Shown: in pieces, positions 1-9,890 of the stretch
How the letters are laid out: every line of letters begins with the position of its first letter
Position numbering within the stretch: the stretch's first letter is position 1
Assembly: GCF_037902255.1 (NCBI RefSeq)
Contig: NZ_CP147990.1
Coordinates: 4,380,001 to 4,412,000 of the forward strand
Source: Candidatus Electrothrix sp. GW3-4
GTDB lineage: Bacteria; Desulfobacterota; Desulfobulbia; Desulfobulbales; Desulfobulbaceae
DNA length: 32,000 nucleotides
Reading direction: 5' to 3'
Program-made: the position numbers and the translations under genes
The notes under the pieces: generated by a model
Seen by the model: only the letters and a program-made list of their open reading frames with translations
The model's database searches: none
Told to the model about the DNA's origin: nothing

Positions 1-2300
1 TGCCCAAGCTCACCTTGGACACCTCCACCGAAGGTTTTCTCCACGAGCAAGACCCCGCCTTGTTGGCCTATAATGATTTCCGGGATCAGTTCGGTAATAC
101 AGAGATGGTCATTGTCGCCGTCAAAAGCAAGGACATCTTTGCGCCGGAGTTTTTGCAGAAGCTGAAGAAGATGCATGTGGAGCTGCGCGATACGGTTCCC
201 TATCTGGATGATATTAATAGCCTGATCAATGCCCGGAATACCAGGGGAGAGGGCGACCAGCTTATCGTCGAGGATCTGCTGGAACACTGGCCAGAGACCC
301 CGGAAGAACTGGCTGCGGTGAAGGAACGGGCTGTAACCAATCCGCTCTATAAAAATCTCCTTATCTCAGAAGAGGGAGATTTCACCGCCATTGTCTTGCA
401 GATGCAGGCCTACTCCTCGCAGGGAGAGGAGGTTGATGATGTCCTCGCTGGTTTTACAGAGGAGAGCGACAGCACTGAGCAGAAAGAAAGGGTTTATCTT
501 ACGGATGCGGAAAACGGTGAGGTCGTTCAGGCGGTGACCCGCATTGTCGACGCCTACCGTGCTGCGGATTTTGAGATCTATGTTGCCGGTGGTCCGGTGG
601 TGACGGATTTTCTCAAAAAGGCCATGATGAAGAACATGCGGAAATTTATGATACTGGCCATCCTGACCATTGGCATATGTCTTTTCCTGATGTTTCGTCG
701 GGCCTCAGCGGTTTTTCTGCCGCTCTTTGTGGTTATTCTTTCTCTTCTCTCCACCTTGGGGCTGATGGCTGCCTGTGGGACACCGATAAAACTGCCCACC
801 CAGATCCTCCCCTCCTTTCTCCTGGCTGTCGGTGTGGGTGATTCTGTCCATATCCTGGCAATTTTCTTTCACCGCCTCCGCCGTAATTCGTGGGATAAGG
901 CAGAGGCCGTGCAATATGCCGTCGGCCATTCCGGGCTTGCTGTATTCATGACCTCATTGACCACGGCAGGCGGTCTGCTCTCCTTTTCCACCGCTGATGT
1001 CGCCCCTATTGCTGATCTGGGAATCTATGCCGCTGCCGGAGTGATGTTGGCCTTACTCTACACCCTTATTCTCTTGCCCTCACTCCTTGCTCTTATTCCT
1101 CTGAAAAAGAAAAAAGAAACGCATAAGATGAAGGGCACCTCCCGGCTTGATGGTATTTTGTCCTCAATCGGCCATTTTGCTACCGGCAATCCCAAGGCAA
1201 TCCTGGCAATCACCGCCCTGATTTTTATAGTATCCATCATAGGCATTACCCGAATCAAATTCTCCCATGATATTGTCCGCTGGTATAAAAAGGACTCGTC
1301 TATTCGTATTGCCTCAGAAACCATTGATGAGGAGATGCGGGGTTCCATCGCCCTGGAGATTGTCCTGGATACAGGCAAGGTCAATGGACTGTATGACCGG
1401 GACCTTCTGCAACGCATAGATAGTTCGGTCAAGTATGTGGAGCAGGTACAGGAAGGGGAAATCTTTGCGGGCAAGGCCTGGAGTATCACCACTATTCTCA
1501 AAGAAATCCACCAGGCCCTGAATGAAAACAGAGCAGAATTCTACAAGATTCCAGATAATCCCCAGCTAATCCCCCAAGAATTTCTCCTCTTTGAAAACAG
1601 CGGTTCCGATGATTTGGAAGATGTGACGGACAGCCAGTTTTCCAAGGTCCGCTTCACCATTAAGGTACCGTTCCAGGATGCGGTAGCCTATACGGATTTT
1701 ATTCAGACCATTAATGAACACTTCAGTCAGACCTTTCCTGAGCTGAAGATCACCACCACCGGGATGACGTCTATCCTTTTTCAGACCATGGCCCGGGTGA
1801 TTCGCAGTATGGCCAAGAGCTACACCATTGCGCTCATCGTCATCACCGCCTTGATGATTTTGCTTATAGGTAAACTACGCACCGGCATCCTGAGCATGGT
1901 TCCCAATCTCTTCCCTATTATGTTGACGTTGGGAGTGATGGGCTGGTTCCAGGTGCCTCTGGATCTGTTTACCATGTTGGTGGGAAGTATCTCCATTGGT
2001 CTGGCAGTGGACGATACCATCCACTTCATGCATAATTTCCGTCGCTACTATGAGCATACCGGTGATGCCAAGTTGGCCGTCATGGAGACTCTGCACAGTA
2101 CTGGTCGGGCCATGTTGATTACCACCTGCGTGTTATCTCTAGGCTTTTTTATTTTTATGTTTGCCAATATGAACAATCTCTTTAATTTTGGTTGGCTGAC
2201 CGGTTTTACCATTATCATGGCCCTGTTGGCAGATTACTTCATTGCCCCGGCCCTGATGGTGTTGGTGAATCGACCGAAGCCAGCCGCTGTGAATGAGTAG
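1..2300 (+). CDS. RND-superfamily MMPL/HpnN-like (COG1033-type) exporter, 5' end cut by the window edge
   Basis: The frame is open from position 3. The TTG at 15 is only the first start-like codon in the ORF track. The first residues PKLTLDTSTEGFLHE align with residues 42-56 of the downstream paralog, so about 41 N-terminal aa lie upstream of the window. The layout is two multi-TM bundles separated by large soluble loops, as in MMPL/SSD proteins. Identity to 2426..4867 is high by eye. Confidence 0.9.
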   Translation, partial: PKLTLDTSTEGFLHEQDPALLAYNDFRDQFGNTEMVIVAVKSKDIFAPEFLQKLKKMHVELRDTVPYLDDINSLINARNTRGEGDQLIVEDLLEHWPETPEELAAVKERAVTNPLYKNLLISEEGDFTAIVLQMQAYSSQGEEVDDVLAGFTEESDSTEQKERVYLTDAENGEVVQAVTRIVDAYRAADFEIYVAGGPVVTDFLKKAMMKNMRKFMILAILTIGICLFLMFRRASAVFLPLFVVILSLLSTLGLMAACGTPIKLPTQILPSFLLAVGVGDSVHILAIFFHRLRRNSWDKAEAVQYAVGHSGLAVFMTSLTTAGGLLSFSTADVAPIADLGIYAAAGVMLALLYTLILLPSLLALIPLKKKKETHKMKGTSRLDGILSSIGHFATGNPKAILAITALIFIVSIIGITRIKFSHDIVRWYKKDSSIRIASETIDEEMRGSIALEIVLDTGKVNGLYDRDLLQRIDSSVKYVEQVQEGEIFAGKAWSITTILKEIHQALNENRAEFYKIPDNPQLIPQEFLLFENSGSDDLEDVTDSQFSKVRFTIKVPFQDAVAYTDFIQTINEHFSQTFPELKITTTGMTSILFQTMARVIRSMAKSYTIALIVITALMILLIGKLRTGILSMVPNLFPIMLTLGVMGWFQVPLDLFTMLVGSISIGLAVDDTIHFMHNFRRYYEHTGDAKLAVMETLHSTGRAMLITTCVLSLGFFIFMFANMNNLFNFGWLTGFTIIMALLADYFIAPALMVLVNRPKPAAVNE

Positions 2301-2349
2301 TTTTTTTTCTGATCAGCAAGAAACTGCGTAGAATGCTGACGATCCATGT

Positions 2350-2389
2350 CCTTCTGTGAAAACGTTTTTCGCAGAAGGCCCCCTTTTTC
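2350..2389 (+). terminator. Hairpin plus T-run between the two RND paralogs (possible intrinsic terminator or attenuator)
   Basis: ccttctgtgaaaa-cgt-ttttcgcagaagg forms a 13-bp stem (one G.U pair) with a 3-nt loop at 2350-2378. It is followed by ccccctttttcc. The five C residues between the stem and the T-run weaken the call. Confidence 0.4.
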
Positions 2390-2425
2390 CACAGCAACGT
2401 GTCCTGTCTTTTGAGGTAACGACGT

Positions 2426-4867
2426 ATGCAGAATATCAGAGAGCGTATCGAAGAACAATTTGCTGCTGCTGCCCGCCTGTTCTATCGACATAACCTCATC
2501 ACCCTGCTGTTTTTAGCTCTTTTTACCGGGGGATTACTCTCTCAGCTGCCAAAGCTTACTTTAGATACCTCGACAGAGGGCTTTCTCCACGAAAAAGATC
2601 CTGCCCTATTGGCCTATAATGATTTTCGTGATCAATTCGGTAATACTGAGATGGTCATTATTGCCATCAAAGGCAAGGATGTCTTTGCTCCCGATTTTTT
2701 GGAGAAGTTAAAAAAACTGCATGTGGAATTGCGGGATACTGTTCCCTATGTGGATGATATCAACAGCCTGATCAATGCTCGAAGCACCAGGGGAGAGGGT
2801 GACCGGCTGATTGTTGAAGACCTGCTGGAGCACTGGCCGGAAAGCCCGGAAGAATTGGCTATGGTAAAAGAGCGGGCCTTAGCCAATCCGCTCTATAAAA
2901 ATTTGATCGTCTCTGAAAACGGGAGCTTCACCGGTATCGTTCTTCAGATGCAGGCCTATTCCTCTGAGGGAGAAGATGGGGCTGATGATGTACTGGCGGG
3001 CTTCACAGAGGGAACCGATGTCACTCTACAGGAGGAGCGGCCCTTTCTCACAGATGCGGAAAAAGGAGAGGTGGTTCAGGCTGTGAGCCGTATCGCCGAT
3101 GCCTATCGCGCTCCAGATTTTGAGATCTATGTTGCTGGCGGGCCCGTGGTGACGGATTTTCTTAAAAAAGCCATGATAGAAAATATGCGGACGTTCATGC
3201 TCCTGGTCGGTATGGTTATCGCGACTTTTCTCTTTCTCATGTTTCGCCGGGCTTCAGCAGTGTTTCTGCCTTTATTGGTGGTTCTGACCTCACTCCTTTC
3301 CACCTTAGGGCTGATGGCGGCCTGTGGTACACCATTAAAAATGCCAACGCAGATTATGCCATCATTCCTGCTGGCCGTAGGCGTCGGAGACTCGGTTCAT
3401 ATCCTTGCGATTTTTTTTCATCGGCTCCGTAGTAACGGGTGGGATAAGGAAGAGGCTGTCATATATGCTGTCGGCCATTCCGGTCTTGCTGTGCTTATGA
3501 CCTCAGTGACGACAGCGGGTGGTCTTCTCTCCTTTGCCTCTGCTGATATTGCTCCTATTGCGGATTTAGGTATCTATGCTGCCAGCGGAGTCATGCTGGC
3601 GCTACTGTATACCATCGTCCTTTTACCAGGTTTGCTGGCTTTGATTCCCTTAAAAAAAGGTCAGGAGAAGAAAAAACAGCGCAAGGAAAAACGGCTCGAT
3701 AAGGTCTTATCTGCCTTCGGCCATTTTGCCACCCAATATCCTAAGACCATTCTGGCAGTTACGGTGTTGATCTTTCTTTTCTCCATTGTCGGCATGACCA
3801 GGATTCGATTTTCTCATTATATCGTTGGCTGGTACCCGAAAGACTCACCGATTCGTATCGCTTCGGAGACCATTGATGAGGAGATGCGTGGTTCTATCTC
3901 TCTGGAGGTTATCCTGGATACCGGTAAGGTCAACGGGCTCTATGATCCGGATCTCCTCCAGCGGATCGATAGCTCTGTGCAATATATGGAGCAACTGAAG
4001 AAGGGGGAGATATTTGCGGGCAAGGCCTGGAGCATCACCACCATCCTGAAAGAAATTCACCAGGCCCTGAATGAGAACCGGCCGGATTTCTATAAGGTAC
4101 CGGATGATCCTGCGCTTATTCCTCAGGAGTTTCTCCTCTTTGAAAACAGCGGCTCAGATGATCTGGAAGACGTGACAGACAGTCAATTTTCCAAAGCCCG
4201 ATTCACTGTCAAAGTGCCATATCGTGATGCAGTGGCGTATACAGATTTTCTACAGGCTGTTCAGGAACATTTTCAGCAGACTTTCCCTGAACTACAGATA
4301 ACCGTCACAGGTCTGAGTTCTATAATATCTCAGACTATGGCTCGGGTTATCGACACAATGGCCAAGAGTTACCTCATTGCCTTGATTGTCATCACCGCCC
4401 TGATGATCCTGCTGATTGGGAAGCTACGGACAGGTGTTTTGAGCATGATTCCTAATCTTTTTCCTATCTGTCTGACCTTGGGTATCATGGGATGGTTTCA
4501 TGTCACTATGGATCTGTTCACTATGCTGGTGGGGAGTGTCTCCATTGGCCTGGCAGTGGACGATACCATCCATTTTATGCATAACTTCCGGCGATATTAT
4601 GAACAGAGCGGTGATGCCAAGCAGGCTGTTATGGACACTCTGCACAGTACAGGACGGGCCATGTTGATCACCACCTGCGTTCTTTCGCTTGGTTTTTTCA
4701 TTCTTATGTTTTCTTCCATGAATAATCTGTTCAACTTTGGCTGGTTGACAGGTTTTACCCTTATTATGGCCTTGGCGGCGGATTATTTCATTGCCCCGGC
4801 CCTTATGATGCTTGTCCATCCATCGCAGCAATCCTCTAACCTTTTTTTTTCAGGAGAACTTTCATGA
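2426..4867 (+). CDS. RND-superfamily MMPL/HpnN-like (COG1033-type) exporter, full-length paralog
   Basis: An 813-aa ORF with an N-terminal TM helix, large periplasmic loops and two hydrophobic bundles. Conserved blocks are shared with 1..2300, for example GVGDSVHILAIFFHRLR and GLAVDDTIHFMHNFRRYYE. Its stop overlaps the next gene's start. Confidence 0.9.
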   Translation: MQNIRERIEEQFAAAARLFYRHNLITLLFLALFTGGLLSQLPKLTLDTSTEGFLHEKDPALLAYNDFRDQFGNTEMVIIAIKGKDVFAPDFLEKLKKLHVELRDTVPYVDDINSLINARSTRGEGDRLIVEDLLEHWPESPEELAMVKERALANPLYKNLIVSENGSFTGIVLQMQAYSSEGEDGADDVLAGFTEGTDVTLQEERPFLTDAEKGEVVQAVSRIADAYRAPDFEIYVAGGPVVTDFLKKAMIENMRTFMLLVGMVIATFLFLMFRRASAVFLPLLVVLTSLLSTLGLMAACGTPLKMPTQIMPSFLLAVGVGDSVHILAIFFHRLRSNGWDKEEAVIYAVGHSGLAVLMTSVTTAGGLLSFASADIAPIADLGIYAASGVMLALLYTIVLLPGLLALIPLKKGQEKKKQRKEKRLDKVLSAFGHFATQYPKTILAVTVLIFLFSIVGMTRIRFSHYIVGWYPKDSPIRIASETIDEEMRGSISLEVILDTGKVNGLYDPDLLQRIDSSVQYMEQLKKGEIFAGKAWSITTILKEIHQALNENRPDFYKVPDDPALIPQEFLLFENSGSDDLEDVTDSQFSKARFTVKVPYRDAVAYTDFLQAVQEHFQQTFPELQITVTGLSSIISQTMARVIDTMAKSYLIALIVITALMILLIGKLRTGVLSMIPNLFPICLTLGIMGWFHVTMDLFTMLVGSVSIGLAVDDTIHFMHNFRRYYEQSGDAKQAVMDTLHSTGRAMLITTCVLSLGFFILMFSSMNNLFNFGWLTGFTLIMALAADYFIAPALMMLVHPSQQSSNLFFSGELS

Positions 4868-5670
4868 AACACCTTGTTTTTTCTATCCTGCTGTCCTGTT
4901 CCTTCTTCACGGCTGTTAATCCGGCCCTTGCCAAAGATGATCCCAAGGCCAGGGAAATCATGCAAAAGGTCGAAGATCGGGAGGATGGTGATAATCAGGA
5001 AAATGATATGACCATGATCCTTATTGATAAAAACGGCAGTGAGCGGGTTCGCAAGATCCATTCTTTTGCCAAAGATTTTGGTGAGGATACCCACCGAATT
5101 ATGTTTTTTCTTCATCCACCGGATGTCAAAGACACCGGCTTTCTCACCTATGATTATGATGACGAGGCCAAGGACGACGATCAATGGCTTTACTTGCCTG
5201 CCCTGCGCAAGACCAAGCGCATTGCCACGGATGATAAGAGCTCCAGTTTCATGGGCTCGGACCTCAATTATGCGGACATGACCTCGCGCGACCTGGAGGA
5301 CTATGACTTTACCCTGCTCAAGGAGCAGGAGGATAACGGCCATAAGGTCTGGCTGATCCAGGCTATCCCCCGCAGGCCGGAGGTGATTGATGAGACCGGC
5401 TATGAAAAGGCCATTGTCTTTGTCCGCCAGGATAATTATTACGTGGTCAAGGCCGTGCGTTGGGTGCGTGATGGCGGCTATCTCAAGTATTTTGACGTCA
5501 AGAAACTGGAGCAGATCGACGGGATATGGGTGGCGACAGAGACCCATGTGACCAAGAAAAAGGGCAAGGTGACCGAGCATAAGACTATCCTCAAGCTGGA
5601 TAATGTGGTGTTCAAGGACGAGATGGACGAAGGCATCTTCACGGTGCGAAGGTTGGAGAAGGGGCTGTAG
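4864..5670 (+). CDS. LolA-like outer-membrane lipoprotein-sorting protein
   Basis: The N-terminal signal peptide is MKHLVFSILLSCSFFTAVNPALA. It could be cleaved after ALA, or ILLSC could act as a lipobox. The family-typical block DDQWLYLPALRKTKRIATDDKSSSFMGSDLNYADM is present. The ATGA overlap at 4864-4867 with the upstream RND gene suggests translational coupling. Confidence 0.8.
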   Translation: MKHLVFSILLSCSFFTAVNPALAKDDPKAREIMQKVEDREDGDNQENDMTMILIDKNGSERVRKIHSFAKDFGEDTHRIMFFLHPPDVKDTGFLTYDYDDEAKDDDQWLYLPALRKTKRIATDDKSSSFMGSDLNYADMTSRDLEDYDFTLLKEQEDNGHKVWLIQAIPRRPEVIDETGYEKAIVFVRQDNYYVVKAVRWVRDGGYLKYFDVKKLEQIDGIWVATETHVTKKKGKVTEHKTILKLDNVVFKDEMDEGIFTVRRLEKGL

Positions 5671-5878
5671 GTATGATCGTTTGAAGTTTGTATTCTGGAA
5701 TATATTCATTGTAATATATAAAATAACTACATAATATAATGTATACTCTTATCGTCAGCAATCCGTTGCTAACAGAAATTTCATCCGACAGATTGACTGC
5801 ATTGAACGCAAGACGGTCGTTTGCCCGTCCGCCTTGAGTTCAGCAACGTCTCACAGAACCTTACCTCCCAAGGTGAAT

Positions 5879-8800
5879 ATGATGAATTTTTCTTGCAAAC
5901 TCTTTGTTTCATTTTCCTTAGTTGGACTTATCGCGCTGTCTTTTTCAGGAGGATCATCCTATATCTATACAAAGGACAGACTGAGGCAGGGAGCAGTTGA
6001 CCGACTTGTTGCCATTCGTGATAACCGGGCAAAAAGTATAGAATATTATTTTAAACAAAAAGAATTCGCAGTACGTCTTTTGGCTGAAAATGAGCAAGTG
6101 ATCAGGGCGGCTGAGGATTTTGCAGCCGGTTGGCGAGTTTTGGAGAAAGAACTCGCTCTCAGCGAGAATGCACGAAAAAGTATTACCAGTAGACTTTATG
6201 AGTATTACAGGAGGATAGCCAATCCTGAAAATGCTCATATCTATACCTATCAGGAAAGGAGCCTGCCCTCCTCGTCTGAGGGGAAAATCCTACAGTCAAT
6301 GTACATCGGAGGAGAAGGGAAAAAAACGATTCCTTCGGTGTATGAGAAGATTCTCCAGAGCTCTTACGGTCGAGCGCACAGCATATATCATCCTGTCCTG
6401 CTGGACAGCCTGTCTCGCTTCCATTTTGAGGACCTCTTTATTATCGATGCCGAAACTGGCATTATCATCTACAGCGTAAAAAAAGAAATCGATTATGGAA
6501 CGAGCCTGTTGTTGGGGCCGTATAAAAAATCCAACCTGGCAAGACTTTTTGCGCAGGTACAACGTGCCACGAAGCCTACCGTTTTTTGTGCTGATTTCGA
6601 CCAGTACCCACCCTCCCCGGATCATTCGGCAGCTTTTCTTGCCTATCCAGTCTACAGGGGTGGCAAGCAACTATCTGTTTTTGCTGTTAAACTTTCAATT
6701 GATGGGCTCGACGATCTTCTGAGTGACGGCAGACAGTGGGTTGCAGCCGGTCTTGGCAGAACCGGAGAAAGCTATCTTGTTGGTCCGGATTATTATATGC
6801 GAAATAATTCAAGGTTTTTACTAGAAGATGCAGAGAGCTATTTACGGAGTATGGAAAAAACAGGTCTTGATTCCAGAGCAAAAGAGGGGATAGTACAGGG
6901 AAAAACAACCCTTCTTCATCAGCTGGTGCGTACCACCAGTGTGGCTCAAGCACTTTCTGGAAAAAGTGGGGTTGCCTTTATTAAAGACTATCGAAATATT
7001 GATGTGGTTTCCGCATTTCGTCCGATCAATATACCCATTCCGGGCTGGGTCCTTCTCGTGGAAATGGATACGGAAGAAGTCTTTCATGATTTATATACGT
7101 TTAAAATGCGTATGATTATCATCATGACGATCCTTTTCCTCCTTGTTCTTCTCTTTAGTTATTATATGGCAGATCTTTTTTCCCGCCCGGTAAAAAAAAT
7201 CGTTAAGGGGATAGAACAGTTCGGTGCGACGTCTCTTGCTTACCGAATGACCTTTTCTGGTAAGGATGAATTTGCCGAGATTGCGAAGGCCTGTAACGAG
7301 ACCGCAGAAAAGCTGCAAACGAAAACCGTTGCCCTGGATTATTTTGATATGGTCATCACTTCGATGACCGATATGTTATTGGTTATCAAGATTGACGATT
7401 GTTCGAAACGACCCATTATTCAGGATGCAAATCAGGCGGCCTGCAAGCTGCTTGGATATGAGAAAAACGAAATCATAGGGATGCGTTTCGAAAAAATATT
7501 CCTCAATCCGCAGGGCACGGAATTATTTGAGGCGGAGCAACTGAAAGATTTTTCCCATAGCTGCTCCGTTCGAGGGGTTGAACTCAGTTATCGTACAAAG
7601 GCGGGCAATGAACTTCCTGTTCTTTTCTCTCTCTCAACGCTCACCCCGAAAGAAGGCGGCGTGGCGAAAGGTGTTGTTGCTCTTGCTCAGGAAATCAGTG
7701 CATTAAAAAGAGCCCATCGACGGATGGAAGAGCAAATCCGCGTTCTCTCCCTTGATAGTAAGGTCGGTATGACGCTTACCCAGAAAAACAACCAGCAGGA
7801 AATGCTGCACCAGTGCTGTGTCTTGCTGGTCAGTCATCTGCATCTCTCCTTTGCCCGGGTTTGGCTGCTTGATGACAGGAAAAAGACACTGGTTATGCAG
7901 GCCAGTGCAGGTCTCTATACCAATACGGACGGAGAAGAAGCCATTAAAGGTATTTATGATCATGATCGAATAAGCGATATCGCCTTAACCGGGGATCCTC
8001 ACATAAGAAATACCGTTTCAAAAAAAAGAAATATCTACGATCATGAATGGTTTATAAGAGAATATTCTCTATTTTTCGCGGGATATCCTCTAGTTATTGA
8101 TGATGAAATTGTTGGTGTTATTGCCCTGTTTTCTGAGAATATTTTGTCGGAAACGGCAATTAAATCAATACAGGGGGCGATCAACGAGATTGCCTTGGGG
8201 GTACAGAAAAAAAGAACAGAGTCATCGCTTATTGCAAGTGAGAAGTTGCATAAAAAGGCCCAAAGGATAGCCAAAATAGGTCATTGGGAGATAAACATTG
8301 CTGCTGATGAGCTGACTTGGTCGGACGAACTCTTTCATATGCTTGAGATAAGCAGAAAAGATAACGATGTTTCACCTAAACTTTTTCTTCAAAAGGTCCA
8401 TCCTGATGATAAGAAGTCGCTTATAAAAGAGTATAGAGTATCAGTACAAAAGAGGACGGAATTGGATCTCACCCATAGAATCCTTTTTGAGGATGGGCGG
8501 ATAAAGTACCTGCATGAACGATGTCGAACAGAATACGATGAAAGCGGGACCCCCTTACGTTCCATAGGAACTACACAGGATGTCACCTCCTTGATGGAGG
8601 CGGAACTGGAAAAGGAAGAGGCTGAAAAACGGTTTCGCCAGGCCCAGAAAATGGAAGCTATTGGTACGCTGGCAGGTGGGATAGCGCATGATTTCAATAA
8701 CCTTCTGAATGCAATTATCGGCTACTCTGATATCTTGCTTATGGAGTTACCCGAGAGCAGTGAAACGCATCAATATGCCCAGCAAATCAATAGCGCTGGC

Positions 8801-9775
8801 AACCGCGCGACACGACTTGTCAGTCAGATCCTGACCTTCAGCAGACGAACAGAAGAGGAGCGCCAGCTCATACAGATTCATTTGCTCGTTAAAGAGGTGA
8901 TAAAACTCCTGAGAAGCTCCCTGCCGACCACTATTGATATTCGTCAGAATATTGACGATTGCGGTTGGGTGATGGCCGACAGTACCCAGCTTCATCAGGT
9001 CATAATGAACCTATGTACAAACGCATTTCATGCCATGCGGGAAGGAAAGGGGGTACTTGAAGTGAAACTAGAGCAGGTTGCTCTTGATCAGGATGCCCTT
9101 TTGCAGGCAGGAGCCCTTCCTGAAGGTCGGTATACCTGTTTAACGGTCAGCGATACAGGGCACGGAATAGATAAGATAACGATGGAGCGCATCTTTGAGC
9201 CCTACTTTACCACCAAAAAGAAAGGGGAAGGGACCGGGCTTGGTTTGTCCACAGTGCATGGTATTGTATTAAGTCACGGAGGAGGTCTTTCTGTGCAAAG
9301 CGAGGTCGGCCAAGGGACGACCTTTAAGGTCTTTCTGCCGATTGCCGAAGCCTACGCTGCTCTTCCCCAGGAAAAAGAAGCCGTCAGAATAATTCCGAAA
9401 CCGAAACTTTCTGGACGAATTTTATTTGTTGATGATGTGGAATTCAATGTGCAACTCGGTACCAATGTCTGTCAACGGATAGGCTGCCGGGTAAAAGGGG
9501 TAACCAGCAGCCTGGAAGCGCTTGCCCTGTTTCGCAAGGCTCCGCAAGATTTCGATATTATTATTACTGACCAAACCATGCCAAATCTGACCGGTTTCGA
9601 GCTGGCTATCGAGATGATGAAAATTCGTTCGGATATTCCCATCATCATGTTAACCGGCCATAGCGATATCGTTGACGAACACAAGGCAAAGGAGGTGGGG
9701 ATACGAGCCTTTCTCGCCAAGCCCTTGGATATGAAGATCCTTGCGGAAACAATCGATGAGATCATGTCCTCATAG
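5879..9775 (+). CDS. Hybrid sensor histidine kinase/response regulator: TM, double-Cache-type periplasmic sensor, TM, HAMP, PAS, GAF, PAS, HisKA, HATPase_c, REC
   Basis: I place the start at ATG 5879, behind AAGGTG (5870-5875); the track's TTG at 5834 is less likely. The extracytoplasmic region contains GRTGESYLVGPDYYMRNNSR. The second TM is MRMIIIMTILFLLVLLFSYY, at about 7106. The H-box GIAHDFNNLLNAIIGY has its His codon at 8687-8689. The G-boxes are DTGHGI and GTGLGLS. The C-terminal REC has DIIITDQTMP (Asp codon 9569-9571) and a KP motif. Confidence 0.95.
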   Translation: MMNFSCKLFVSFSLVGLIALSFSGGSSYIYTKDRLRQGAVDRLVAIRDNRAKSIEYYFKQKEFAVRLLAENEQVIRAAEDFAAGWRVLEKELALSENARKSITSRLYEYYRRIANPENAHIYTYQERSLPSSSEGKILQSMYIGGEGKKTIPSVYEKILQSSYGRAHSIYHPVLLDSLSRFHFEDLFIIDAETGIIIYSVKKEIDYGTSLLLGPYKKSNLARLFAQVQRATKPTVFCADFDQYPPSPDHSAAFLAYPVYRGGKQLSVFAVKLSIDGLDDLLSDGRQWVAAGLGRTGESYLVGPDYYMRNNSRFLLEDAESYLRSMEKTGLDSRAKEGIVQGKTTLLHQLVRTTSVAQALSGKSGVAFIKDYRNIDVVSAFRPINIPIPGWVLLVEMDTEEVFHDLYTFKMRMIIIMTILFLLVLLFSYYMADLFSRPVKKIVKGIEQFGATSLAYRMTFSGKDEFAEIAKACNETAEKLQTKTVALDYFDMVITSMTDMLLVIKIDDCSKRPIIQDANQAACKLLGYEKNEIIGMRFEKIFLNPQGTELFEAEQLKDFSHSCSVRGVELSYRTKAGNELPVLFSLSTLTPKEGGVAKGVVALAQEISALKRAHRRMEEQIRVLSLDSKVGMTLTQKNNQQEMLHQCCVLLVSHLHLSFARVWLLDDRKKTLVMQASAGLYTNTDGEEAIKGIYDHDRISDIALTGDPHIRNTVSKKRNIYDHEWFIREYSLFFAGYPLVIDDEIVGVIALFSENILSETAIKSIQGAINEIALGVQKKRTESSLIASEKLHKKAQRIAKIGHWEINIAADELTWSDELFHMLEISRKDNDVSPKLFLQKVHPDDKKSLIKEYRVSVQKRTELDLTHRILFEDGRIKYLHERCRTEYDESGTPLRSIGTTQDVTSLMEAELEKEEAEKRFRQAQKMEAIGTLAGGIAHDFNNLLNAIIGYSDILLMELPESSETHQYAQQINSAGNRATRLVSQILTFSRRTEEERQLIQIHLLVKEVIKLLRSSLPTTIDIRQNIDDCGWVMADSTQLHQVIMNLCTNAFHAMREGKGVLEVKLEQVALDQDALLQAGALPEGRYTCLTVSDTGHGIDKITMERIFEPYFTTKKKGEGTGLGLSTVHGIVLSHGGGLSVQSEVGQGTTFKVFLPIAEAYAALPQEKEAVRIIPKPKLSGRILFVDDVEFNVQLGTNVCQRIGCRVKGVTSSLEALALFRKAPQDFDIIITDQTMPNLTGFELAIEMMKIRSDIPIIMLTGHSDIVDEHKAKEVGIRAFLAKPLDMKILAETIDEIMSS

Positions 9776-9890
9776 GGACAGCGGTTGGAAAAAGGCTTGT
9801 AAGGAAGGCCCGAACACGTTGATCAGGCAAAGGGTCGTCCCACTGGCCTATCAGTCAGTCCGCAGACATTGCAGAAAGGAGAAAGATACT

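Noticed and set aside
5674-5686. The identical 13-mer tgatcgtttgaag just after the stop codons of both the LolA-like gene (5674-5686) and the DUF1302-like gene (18317-18329)
   Set aside because: The placement is suggestive. However, about 5x10^8 same-strand position pairs times 4^-13 predicts several chance 13-mer matches in 32 kb. No extended similarity or structure surrounds the match.
4783-5709. A 308-aa minus-strand ORF covering the whole LolA-like gene
   Set aside because: It is antisense to a gene with clear family motifs and translational coupling. Its translation is low-complexity (runs of I, L, H, G) with no motifs and no RBS. It is a typical shadow ORF.
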